DNA of 64,000 bases from the IMG/VR virus record IMGVR_UViG_3300023210_000013, positions 1-64,000 of that record; one strand, given 5' to 3'. Positions within the stretch are counted from its first letter, which is position 1, and each line of letters begins with the position of its first letter. The position numbers and the translations under genes are program-made. The notes below the pieces were generated by a model. It was not told the DNA's origin. It saw only the letters and a program-made list of their open reading frames with translations, and ran no database searches. Positions 16,101 through 27,800 of the stretch are shown piece after piece. The stretch is from a virus.

Positions 16101-18888
16101 TAATTTTTTCTTCTCTTTCACCAATTCTATCTAAAGATTCTTCTCTCTTTTGATGCCATAGTTTTTTCATTAAAGCAAGCAAAGTATCTTTGGATGTATT
16201 AATGTCTGTGAAGTTAAGAGTAGCTCCTGAAATTTTTTCTGCTTCTTGAAACAACATTTCAAATTCAGCATCTGTAAAATCTCTTGTGGTTTCATTTTTA
16301 GTAATAAACTTAACGTGGTCAATTATTGCTTGATCAGCTATACTTGGTACATTATTTCTATTGTTTTTACCAGCAACTCTTTTTAAAGTTAAACCTAACT
16401 TATCTTTTAATTTAATTTGAGAACTATTTAAGTTTCCATAAGTTGCAGAAACAGCTGTCAATCCATCAAATGAATCAGCAAATGCTTGAGTATTACGTGC
16501 TACTTGAATAAAATTCACATCACTTAAGTTCTTCTTATCAATTAAATATTTTTCTAATTTTTCAACTTCTCTTAAAGACTGTTGTAAAAATTCAGTATAA
16601 ACTCTAGATGCACTTAAACCATCACCAGAACGCAAAGCTTCCGTTGCCATTGTAATAGCAAGGTTTAATCTAACAATTGTATCTTCTTTGGTTTTATCCA
16701 TAGATATAGCACCTTTTACAGTCTTCAATACTTCAACACGTTTGATCATGTCAGCTTGAAAATTTTCTATACCTTTAAATAATATTTCATACTCAACACC
16801 TCCAGCATCATCTATTCTATCATTTTGATCTGCTGCTGCAACTACGTCATTGTAATCAGCATCTTCCATAATAGGATAGTCAACTGATTCTCTTCTTGCT
16901 TCTTGTATTTTATTCTTGGCTTTCTTGTCAGTATTTCTTTTAACAATTGCATTTACATAAGGTAAATTTTGACCCATAGGATGTGCTACTGGATCTTGTA
17001 TTTTTAATTCACCATTTATTAATTCTACATTGTAAGTAGTAACAGCGGTATCTGAATCTTCAAATTCATAACCCATGTTTTCAAGCATTCTTCTATTTAA
17101 GTTACTTTTAATTGCCTGTCTTGTTTGAGCAGGTAACTTTTGTATTCCTACTTTATTTTTTAAAATAGAACCTTCAGTTAAAGTAACTTCTTTATCATAC
17201 CCTGTTTGGATATCAATTATCTTTAGTTTACCCGCTTTGGTAATTATAACTAAATCAGCTTTACTTGCAATGTTAGTACCGGTTGTATCTAAGTAATGTA
17301 AAATTACATTTGGTATTACTACATCACCGTTTCCCTCCATTAACTTAATGTAAGTACCTAACTCATTATAAAGTTTTTCTGCTTGTTCTTTATTTAACGT
17401 AGTTGTTTTTGTACTTGCAACATCAATACTTTCTTTTAATATAATACTGTTTAATAAAGTATCTATATCATTTCTAAAAGCAATTTCTTCTTTTGTTTCT
17501 TTTGAGCCTAATACATCTCCTGAGATGACTTGGCTTGCTGACTTAATGGATTTACTTAGATTATCAAGTTGATAATATTTTCCATCTTTCTTATTTAATA
17601 TTACTATAGTATTACCTTTTGCTATTTCTGCTTGATTTGCAGATAAAGAATCAACAGACTCTTTGTCTGAAGATACTATATTAAACAAGTTTTTAATTAT
17701 TGCTTTTTGTGCAACACCCGCTTTGCTCATTGCTGAGTCTACTACTTTTTGTTTATCAGAAGATAAAGAGTATTTAACTTTTTTTATGTTTGATACTTTT
17801 AAATCAAATATTACATTGCTTGTATTAAGAAGTTTTGCAACATCTGAAAGATTTGCTGTAGACTTTATAGCAGATGTAGGTAATTTTATATCACCATCAA
17901 CTGTTATGTAATCATGCAAGTCTTGTATAACAGACATGAACCACTCAAGCATTTCTTTTACTTTACCTAAAAATGTTTTAGTAGGCTTTGTTTCATAATC
18001 ATTATCAAAATGTCTAGTTAAAGCTTGTGTTATTAATTCTAAGTCTCTTTGGTAATCAGTAAACCTTCCATTCTTAGTATTATATGCTTCATCTATTTGT
18101 TGTTTCAATATAGGGAAACTTTTTTTAGCTTCTTCTACAAGGGATTTAAATAGCTCAGGGTTGTCTAGTGCTAAACTGTCTGTAAAAGCGTGTAAGACTT
18201 CTTCTATTGCAGTCTCATTAGTTACTCTACCTTGAATTAAAACTACTTGCCCGTCATAATAAAAAGAATTAATGTTGGCAAAGTTTACTTTGTTTTTAGT
18301 TCCCGGATCTAATTTTTTATAATAAGCTTCAGCTTGTTTAACTGATACAACATTCATTCTTAACTCAGGAAACATTCTTTGTAAATGACCTAAAACTTTA
18401 ATAGTATGTGTACCGTAAGCTTTTCTATTTTCAGGTAGCATATCATTAAGACTAAACAAGTCTTCATTCACTACAACTCTATATGACTTTGGAGTTCTAA
18501 CAAGAGTAACTGACCCTTGAGGTATGTTGTTTTGACTAAGATATCTTAATGCTCTTTTATAGTTATATTGCAAAAACTCAGGAGATCCTTCTCTGGCATT
18601 AGGTGCTGTATTATTTATAAAGTAATCACCACCCAATTCATTAGATACACTTGCTATTTTTAGACGGCTTAAATTAGTTAGAACGGCTTCTTTAAAATTT
18701 TTCTGTTTTAAAGAAAGAGCAACCTTACTATCTTCCATCATTTGCAATGCCTCTTCTGTTGTAGGAAAAGTATCTTCTTTTGTTAAAGATTGCCATCTTG
18801 ATATAACATTGTTAACAGCAGATTCATTTGGAAACTCTTCTCTTAAAGCTTTATACTCAGGAAGATTTACATTATAACACTTACTCAT
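13168..18888 (-). CDS. large virion cargo/ejection protein with degenerate zincin and PD-(D/E)xK-like domains
   Basis: 1906 aa, directly downstream of the vRNAP gene; EEVLHAF (18184-18204); ADLVII..G.LKIIDIQT; hydrophobic C-terminal region typical of crAss-like cargo. Confidence 0.75.
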   Translation of the reverse strand: MSKCYNVNLPEYKALREEFPNESAVNNVISRWQSLTKEDTFPTTEEALQMMEDSKVALSLKQKNFKEAVLTNLSRLKIASVSNELGGDYFINNTAPNAREGSPEFLQYNYKRALRYLSQNNIPQGSVTLVRTPKSYRVVVNEDLFSLNDMLPENRKAYGTHTIKVLGHLQRMFPELRMNVVSVKQAEAYYKKLDPGTKNKVNFANINSFYYDGQVVLIQGRVTNETAIEEVLHAFTDSLALDNPELFKSLVEEAKKSFPILKQQIDEAYNTKNGRFTDYQRDLELITQALTRHFDNDYETKPTKTFLGKVKEMLEWFMSVIQDLHDYITVDGDIKLPTSAIKSTANLSDVAKLLNTSNVIFDLKVSNIKKVKYSLSSDKQKVVDSAMSKAGVAQKAIIKNLFNIVSSDKESVDSLSANQAEIAKGNTIVILNKKDGKYYQLDNLSKSIKSASQVISGDVLGSKETKEEIAFRNDIDTLLNSIILKESIDVASTKTTTLNKEQAEKLYNELGTYIKLMEGNGDVVIPNVILHYLDTTGTNIASKADLVIITKAGKLKIIDIQTGYDKEVTLTEGSILKNKVGIQKLPAQTRQAIKSNLNRRMLENMGYEFEDSDTAVTTYNVELINGELKIQDPVAHPMGQNLPYVNAIVKRNTDKKAKNKIQEARRESVDYPIMEDADYNDVVAAADQNDRIDDAGGVEYEILFKGIENFQADMIKRVEVLKTVKGAISMDKTKEDTIVRLNLAITMATEALRSGDGLSASRVYTEFLQQSLREVEKLEKYLIDKKNLSDVNFIQVARNTQAFADSFDGLTAVSATYGNLNSSQIKLKDKLGLTLKRVAGKNNRNNVPSIADQAIIDHVKFITKNETTRDFTDAEFEMLFQEAEKISGATLNFTDINTSKDTLLALMKKLWHQKREESLDRIGEREEKIIAAGAYLRKLSPGKNDKEIFEFIIETDKDGNHTGRYVVELGQKYTDLYDALYNETVDGDGVPLQYKEILDVKTADKADIAFNKDLYYKKKAFSAFKSPETPAGMFGLTPTDGDFHKFTEEWKEIRSQYQEYLPLGDFGIWEFKAGITDEQIAEFQAKYGNTVIYNSPVLIDGVPTGMVAEKRNWFPDKKFTEARPITVVDGETIDLRSDKYIAIMEADPNDALAMARKSFYLVVKEQYENGMLKQLPENVRDFMLGKTPRVQGKLMTQLSKNPNVVTSYVARQKQSMKDFFTETTRLSRVNVDENGEVIDSLPIMFVGSLKDEAAVEKIQQDIVDLKQDYADDKIGSSEFESELRVLQSKEIALRSKPKAEELSWDVVSTMLKFSVMAQTYESMTSIEDTLLAFVKVIEDRKYKEPAKSKYKKMISAKFSSTFGKKGNDVEALAPGKDSNNAKHARAFMNMVFYNNAEVTKGMVEKAVDKLLAYSSLSYVGFNVFGNFNNYVLGRINNGIEMMGQRFFSRDAYMRASKEFNKRALQDMWNRTAHAVAKKTTGTKYDPYQPISKYEAFVDLFRMMDSSSDIREQGQQGDYVSYFQRFANVGYVFQDAAEYNVQTKVGMALLMDTYILNPATGELSTLFDAFDFDDANQKLVMKEGFTTMVKIKKDVPTFGKMFKGNISAKDAGGNLIYTETGSFTDKVRYDIRMKIREVNKQIHGNYAHEDRMVIQVHTWGKLLAQFHKWVVPAIRARYQKRYYDENLGWMEGRYNSWANFVLYFVKNVAKNKEKEKSMMQSWMESSTKGGKGFKNDGSQNDEKFINAALNVHRTNAELAILISILTIISTLRGIWKDDDDDSDLVKRLKNLSLYQATRARDELQLFIPLLGMSDALAFFESPFAATKALGEFGNVMDKTWDLGTAGLRYAITGNDEDWYGNKDVYYQRGYRADQMKIKKEIMDIVPILYEIKKWEDMIQTRSFYIGD

Positions 18889-18892
18889 ATCA

Positions 18893-21800
18893 TTATAGTT
18901 TTATGCGGCATCCTTGGTCAACAAGAAATTCTTTTATTGTTTCAAAGTTACTTAATTTAAATGACTTTATGAAGCCATCTTGCGTTGTTCCTATCCCGGC
19001 AGCTTTTAATATCTCTTTGTTTTCTTTATTTTTATTTATATAATCATAAAAGAATTGTATTATTTCAGAATCACCGTCTGTCATACCAAGATCTAATTCA
19101 AGTTGTGTTCCTGGATCATCAACATCTACCTCTTCTATTTGAGACATTATAGCATCCATTTTTTCTTGATCTTTTTCTGTTAATTCAATACCTTTAGAAA
19201 GGCCTTTATTTGAAATAAAACTAAGCAACTTATCTGTTGGATCATTAACCTCTTCTGGACGTGCTGTAGCGTCTGCTATATTAACACCATCAATATCAAT
19301 GTTCTCTTCAGTAGCTATTCTATTTGTATTAGCAAAATTAGACATTTTATCATTTGCTTTTTCTGCACCTGAAAAATCAACATTATCAAAATCTACATTA
19401 TCTATTTCATCAAGACCTTCTATGTCATCAAAGTTTACTCCGTAATAATCATCCTTTGAAAACTCTCTTAACTCAGCTAAAGTTGGTCTATTAAAGTTTT
19501 CTGTGTTAAACATAAACCCAATAGCATTTTGTTTATAAGCACCTTTCAATTCTATTTTTTCATAAACAACACTGTCTGCTTCTACTCTACCGTTTAAAGC
19601 TGAAGGCATTAAAGTAACACCTAAACCTTTTCCTGATTTTTTAAAATCATTAGCTCTTACAAGTTTATAATAAGAAGTTGTTCTAGTTTGATCTGCATTA
19701 ATATCAGTCTTTGAAATAAATAATGAAAAAGGATATTGTGGTTTTTCATCACTAGTTCTAGTGTAAGTCAGATTATCTTCAAATATAGTTTCTTCATAAC
19801 TGTGTGGTGCTTTTGGACCACTTATAAAGTCTTTACTAAAGACTGCAATGTTTCTTGAATTAATAGCAGACTCACCATAGTTATTTACAAACTCATCCTG
19901 TAGTTCTTGAAGTGATACTCCAAAAACACTTTCATAACTTTTCTTACCTTGAAATGCTTGTACAGCATCCGTTGCTGAATCTAAATAATTCTCCATTATA
20001 AATGGAACTAAAGAATCAATTATACTTCCATTAGCGTATTGTAAACCATCTTTTACCATAGCATAATGAATTATGTTTACAGCATCAGCTCTAGTATCAC
20101 TTTGTCCATACAACTGGTGAAATCCATTTTGGATACGTAATTTTTCATTAGCACTAAGCTTACCAAAACTTCTAGATTGAATTAAGTTTAATCCAGTAGT
20201 GTTTGTTTTACTGTCTGCAGGATTACTAAATAAATAATAATCTAAGAAATAATTAGAAGTGCCTTCATGTTTTTCTCTTAGTTCTTCAAATATAGTATTT
20301 GCATTAAATTTAGTTTCTGCATTACCATATATAAACTCATTAGATAAAGAACCTCCAATTGCTGCAGCCGCTTCATCACTATTAAATACTCTATGCATAT
20401 AAGACTTCATAGTCAAATATGTAAGTAAGTTTTTAGATATGCCATCCATAACTTGAGCTGAAGCACTTTTCTTAGTATAACCCTCTACCCCAGCATAGAT
20501 CTTTTTAAAGTCTTCTGTTCTAGATAAAAATACTTTAGGTAATACTTCAGTACTAAATTCATTATATACTTCTAATAAATCCCCTACGTAATGTTCTTTT
20601 ATAGCAGACCTCATATCAAAAGGTCTTATTATTTTTTTAAATTCTTTATCATCTAAATACAGACCTAAAGTTTTTATAGCATTATCTTTTTCATTAAGAC
20701 TAATAAAGTCTTGACCAAATCCTGTATTAAGATTAAAGATTGGAATCATGTTATCTATAAACTTTTTGACATCCATAAAGTCAAGTATGGTTTCATAGAT
20801 TGAATATAACTCTTCATCAGTAGCATTAGCATTAACACCAGCAGCTAATGTTACATCTGTAACTTTAACTTGTGTTCCTTCTTTTACTTGAAGCTCTTTA
20901 AGTGCACCTTTAATTTCACTTTTAGCTGTCATAGGATCTTTCATGGCTTGTCTAATAGCTGCAACATTTACAAACATTGTTGCTGTATGTAGTGATACAC
21001 CCAGACCAATCATTGTTTCTACTACACCTATAGATGCTTTATTAAAACCTAACTTAGATAAAATTCTTTCTTTAGCATCATCTGTAGCTGCAGTAATAAG
21101 TGCTGATAATAAATACTGTGCTCTTGTTTCTTCATTTTTAACATTGGTTTCAAACCTATCATAGTTTATACCATTAATGTCAAGTGATCCCCATTTAGGA
21201 TTAAGAATAACTTCTGTTTCTTTTAAGAAGTTTATTACAACATTTCTTGGGACTACTGCTCCAATTAAATTAGAGTTTTGTTTTACATTAACGTGAGTAT
21301 AGAATTGACCAGGCAAACTATCAATAGGTAAATCTTCTTTTGAAAGTTCTGCTAATTGCGGAAACTGTCTAAATAAATTATCTACTTCTGCTTTTAATGC
21401 AACAACATCTGCTGGTTGATAAGCTACAGGTTTTTGACCATTAACTGATTCAGTCATACCTTTGTTACCTTGCAAAGCAGTTTTTAAATCTAGGAGTTGA
21501 TTATTAATAGCACCTTTATATGGTTCTGTTTTATAATCTTTTTTATATTGTTTGTACTCAGCAAATGTTCTTGGTAAGTTTAATGTAGTTAAGGCATCTA
21601 ATGTATCTGCAGTAAAACCAAATTTTTTAATTAATTCTTCTTTTACTTCCGGGTCTAAAACTCTTGATAAACTTGGACGCGTTGTCTCAAATTTATATAG
21701 AGCATCATATAAGTAAGATCCTTTTTTACCTGTTAATTTATTTTGATAAACTATGTAGTCACCAAAACTTTCTTCTTCTGAAACATTGGCTCTACCATAT

Positions 21801-24800
21801 TCTATAAATTGCTTGTTCTTGACATACCATTCTTTTACATGAGTAAAAACTTTATCAATATCAAAATCCGCTCCTGATACTTCTACAAGTTCTTCTGGAA
21901 ATACAGCTGTTGAACCAAGGTATACAGGATCAAAATCTACTATTCTTACATTAAGAGAAGAGTGTTTATCTTGAGAAGGTATTCTTACAGCAAACATTTT
22001 TGCAACTGCTGCAGGCATTCTACCTGTACCATTCTCTATAAGATCCATTACTTCTTTATAATGTGCGGGTACAATACCCTCAGCATATCTTTCATTTGTA
22101 GCAACCCAAGTACTTGGATCACCTTCTGTAACATATTCTACTAAGTCTACTCTTAGTCTATCAATAACAGTTACTCCTTCAGGATTTGTTTTTAAAGCTT
22201 CAGCTAACAATTCAAAACCATTTGGTTCTCTTAAGTCTATAGTTATTTTAGCGTTACCGCTTTTAACATAAGCTTTTCTTCTAACAACTTCTTGTTTATC
22301 TAAATTACCTTCTGCATCTAAACTATATACTTTTCTAATTACAGATTTTCCAAAAGATGATTTTAATGCTAAAGCATGTCCCTCAACTTTTTCTTGTAGT
22401 ACACCTTGACTAAAGTAAGATAAAAAGAATTGCTCAAACTTTTTAATAGCTAATGGTTGATTAAGCTCATACTTGTTTGTTCCGTTCTCATCAGTAAAGA
22501 ATTCAATTTGATTACTACCAGCGGCTGAAGACTTTAAGTTTGCCTGAGCTGTACGTAAGAATGTAGCATAACTAGGTGCTACTTCTCCGTTCTCAACCAT
22601 TGTATCTATAATGTCATTATCCAAGTTTTGGATAGTCTCAAACATTAAATCTTTTTTCTGACTAAACTCAAACTTAATACCAGCTCCTGTTAGTCTATGG
22701 TATTCTTTTCTAATATATCCTACAGGTACTTCCTTACCATTTAATAATACTGTCTCATCATCACTTTGCTCACTAGTAACTATAGTTTTAATCTGATTAG
22801 GTAAAGTAACCTTTGTTTTATTAGAAGGGTTGACCTGTTGTAAACCAAAATCTTTTGCATTTAATGGCGTTATGTCATCTAACGTTAAAGGATTATTTGT
22901 TTCACTTAGTCTAGCTAATGTTTGTACTTTTTGCTTAAACATTTTAGAAGCAGAGACCGGAACTAAGAATGCAATCTTTTCAGGATTGTTTCTTTCAAAT
23001 TCTTCTAACATTTCTCTTGCAGCATTAAGCTGTTCCATTCCTTGTTTAGCTACTCTTTTTCCATTTACTACATCAGATGTTTCTTGTTTAGTTAATGGTG
23101 TAGTTGACATTTTATCAAATACATTCCCATCACCATAAACATATTTCTTTGAGTTTAATACAGCATTTTGTTTTAAGTATCCATTCTTACCAAACCATTC
23201 TTCAGATGTAATCTCAACACCCGCATCAACTTTGTCCATTAACTCAACATAAGCATCATTTAATTCAGCTAAACCAAAAGCAAAATATCTTGCTCCTTTT
23301 GCTGTATAATAAGTTTGTGCATCTGTTTTTTCTCCACCTCTGTTTCCTGGTTGAGCTCCATCAGTAAATCTTTGTTCAAACAAATCATCTTCTACTAATA
23401 TCATAGAAATAGAACCTTCACCTAAAGTATGGTATATACCTTTAGCTGGATCTACTACTGTTGTTTCTACTGGAGTAATTGCTCTGTTCTGCATTTTAGC
23501 TCTCTTAATAGGATCTACAAATGCATCTTTAAATAACCTAGCTTCTTCACCTAATATTAATTGGTTGATGGCCATTGTATTTAAATAATTACTTAAAACT
23601 ATTTGTGCAATGTTTACTATTTGAGTACTATTATCAAGACCTAATTCTTGTTTAGCTCTTAATGCTTTTTTAGACTTAGGGAAAAAGCCTCTAGCTAAAA
23701 GAGAAATTCCTTGGAACTGAGTATTACTTTCATCTGCTGATAATTGTCTAGCAATATTTTCATCTTTAGCAAGACTTGCAAACTCATCTACTAGAGATTC
23801 TAGTCCTTTTACTATAGATCCTCCTTTGTCAAAACCTGATGAATCAAACGCTTCTCCTTTTTTAGCTTTTTCTATTAAGGTATCTTGAGTAGCTTTATCC
23901 ATTAACCAAGCTGTCTTAAAGAATTTAAATCCTCTACCTTTATCTGGTCTTGTGGATTCAACATCATTATAACCAAGGATACCTTGTGGTCCTTCTATAC
24001 CTTCTTTAAAGTTTTCTTTTATTGCATTGTATTCTCTTTCTATTTCATTAATAGTAAGATTAACTGTGTTAGGTAGAATGCTGTATTTACCAATACCTTC
24101 ACCAGACTTGTCATTAACAGTTTGGATAATAGGAAGCTTAACCATATCATTGGTATTTGATGCTTCCATAATTCTTAAAAGAACAGGTGCTATAGCTTTA
24201 GTTACTTCTAGCCCATCTTCAATATAAGTAATTTTACTATTTGTTTCACTAGTTGTATTGTAAGAAGCTGTATACATGTCTATTAACATTGTTACAAATT
24301 CTTTTGATGTCATTTCACCATAAGCAGATGCTTCATCTGTCATTGCAGCTTCAGATAAATTATCAATTTTATCTTCTGTTAAATCAGTAATCCTTGTTCC
24401 TGAGTTTCTTTCAATAACAAGCTCATTATCCGCAGCCATTTGTATAAAGGCCGGGTTGTTTAATAATAGGTTATTACTTAAAAATGGAGTAGTCTCTTCT
24501 AAAGTTTCTAAAAAGTCTACATCATTTAATTGTTTTATTCTATTAGAATGGAATGTTTGTTTTTGATGAGCATATATTAGTTTACCATTTACATCTACAA
24601 ATACAGTAGCACCAATTGCTTCATCAAAGTTTGCATTACCTAAAGCTAATTTATTTAACCTTGTACTCATACCTTTACCTGCATCATCTACAAATAAATT
24701 TTCTGGAGCTGGTTGTCTTTTCTTTGTTCCTTTAATTACTTGAGTTACATCAAGTCTATTAACAAACTGTTCTGCATCTTCTTTTGTAATAAGATTACTA

Positions 24801-27800
24801 TCACTACCTATTAAAGCCATTTCTCTTTGGAAATTTGTTGACTTATTTTTAAGAGCTGAAATAATACTTACTTCTAAATAACCTCTACTAAAACTAACAC
24901 CAATTGCTTCATAAATTGCTTGTGATAAATACTCAGCTTGAAGTCTTATATCTTTATTAGTCATGTTGCTTTTACCTAAAACACCTTGCAAAGTTCTCAT
25001 AACTTGAAGTGCTTTGGTTAAAGTCTCAGGATTAGATTTATAATTTTCAAACTTATCACCATGAAACTTTTTCCATGCATCAATTTGTGCATTAGCAGCA
25101 TCTGACTGTGTAGCTGAAATAATTAAAGCCTTTCCTGTTACTGGATCTTTTAAGTGGAAGTTATATCCAAATCTACTATTTTGATAAGTCTTTATAAAGT
25201 CATGATAAAGTTTAGAATCTTTAACCTCTGTGGGTAATGCTCCTGACTCAATGACATCTTCCATAGTAGTATTAGAATCTGTAATACCCACTGTATTTAA
25301 AAATCTATCAATAACAGCAGATGTGTTAACTGATCTTCTAGAATGATAATACATTCTTTTAAGGATTTCAAAATGTGATGTCTGATTCATTGCTGCTAAC
25401 ATTAAACCTGTATGAGCATCAACGTAGTTTGCATGAACTTTAATTTTCTCTCCATTCAATAGTTCAGTATTACCAAACATGTCTGTTGAATCAATAGTTG
25501 TAGAACTAATAAATAATTTTACACGTTGACTTGGTTTGATACCAACTTCTTGGCTTTCCATTCCATATTGAGAAGTACTTCTGCTTCCAACAGATTGTTC
25601 TAGTTCATCAATTTCTTCTTCTTCTCTTTCAGTTTTTATTTGAAAAAGCTCAAGGTAATCTTCTACTTCTTTAATTATTGCTTCACCATCATTTAATTCT
25701 AATGCTTGATAAATTTGTTCTAGTTTATCAGCTTGAGAATCTGATAAATTTTCACCACTGTATTGTGCATTACCTGGATTGTATAAGTCAGCGTAGTCTG
25801 CTAAAACAGATCCTATATATATTTTATCTATTTCTTCTTGTTCAGTTTCTTTTCCAGAAAATTTATCAGCAAGTGCTTGTACTTTTTGTGCATTTACTTT
25901 TTCATTTCTTTCATCTATTCTTTCTGCATAAGTATTAGCAATTGTTCTTATTAAGATATCTGCAGTAGCAGGATCTAAATATAACTCAGAAGCAAATACT
26001 TCACCGCTAATAGACTCATATGGGATTGCTTTTAAAGCTTCTATTGTTACATCCCCTTCAACATCTCTTGTATAAAAGTTTTCTTGTATAGAGCTACCTC
26101 TATATTTACCTGAATCTATATTTTCAAATACATTAAGTAAATCACTTTTACCTTTAAAACGTTTTAATGATCTTTTAATCCATTCAACTATTCTGTTAAA
26201 GAATGATTTAATAGTAGATGATGTTTTGGTGCTTCTAGGGTTTTGCTTAAACTTAGCAAACTCATCAGCCATATACTCTTCTAAATATTCACGTTCTAAT
26301 CTCTTAGCGTTCATATCTCCATATAAAGGATTAAGACCTTTAAATTTACCTAATGCTTCATCAAGAGCTTCTTGTGAACCAAGCTTACTTAACAATTCAC
26401 CTTTAGCAATTCTAAGTAAATTAGATTGTTCTTTGTCTGTAAGTAACATTCTAAATACAGCGTGAAAAGCTTCATGATAAGCTATCAAAGTAGATGGACT
26501 TGTATATATAGTTCCTTCTCCTTGTAACCCACCTGATAAGTTTCTTAAAGACATAACAAATTTACCAGCAGTAAAACCGTTAGCTTTCAGTCTGTCTTTA
26601 ACTTCATTAATATCTTTTACAGTAATAAAACCAGGAAGATTATTTTGAGCCCAAGAAATAAATTCATCAATTTTTAAATCTTCAGATATTGATTCTTGAG
26701 TATCAACTATTTTAAAAGCATTTTTACGTTGTGCTTTTAATTCTTTAATTTTACTTGTAATATTTTTATACTCTTCAGATTCTTGTTTTAAATTATATCT
26801 GTTTAAACCTTCAGCTTTAGCTCTGGTATTTATTTCAGATTCCAAAACTTTCTTTTGTTTTTCAAGAGTTGTTATTTGTTCTTCTAATGTTTGTTCACTC
26901 TCATTCTTTTGTGTTTCAGCTGCAATTTTATTTCCTTGTCTCCAAACTTGAAACTTATCTTTGTTGTTTCCAACTGTAGGAATAGAAGAATCCAGTCTAT
27001 CTCTAACATATCTTTCAAGAAGATCAAGCTCATTCATATAGAATTTATACCTACTGTCAGATCCAAGATATTTCATTATCATATCTTTCCCTACCTCCTT
27101 GGTAATCTTTCCTGATGCAACGCTTTTTTCTACTACGGCTATATAATCTTCTATTGAGTTTTCAGCTTCAACAGCTTCTTGACCTACTAAGACACCACCC
27201 TCAACTCTGATAGATACAACGCCTTCAGTGTTACCTCTATATGAGTTTTGTTTTGCTATAACTAATTCAGCCTGAAGAGCTTTAAATTTCTTTAAATCTT
27301 TAGTTTGTATAGAACCATCTTCAGACCTTAAGTCTTTTATCTGTTGTTCTACATTAGCCAGAGCATCCTCATACTTTTGATTAGGATTTACTTCTTTATT
27401 TATAGGACCCGCATCTTGTTGAGCTTTTCTATCAACTAATATTTGATTTATTAAACCTGTATTAGCTTCAAATATAGCAGCTTCTTGAGGAGTTAATGGC
27501 CCAGCATTTTGAATTTTAGTTGCAAGGTTTTCTAAAGTTGCTTCTGAAACTTTACCTGTTTCTACAAACTCATCAAACTCACTTACAGGTTTTTCTTTAG
27601 GTCCAGGTATTATTTCTTCTACCTCTGTTAAGTTACCTGTGAAATTAAAATACATCTTTTGACTATGTCTAACTCTAGGGTCAATATCAGTAACAGTTTT
27701 TTCTATCATTTCCTGAGCCGTAGCTGTAGTATCAAATACAACTGTCATAGAATCTCCTGAAAGATTTACTTTGTTAGGTACAGTTTTATTGTATACAACA

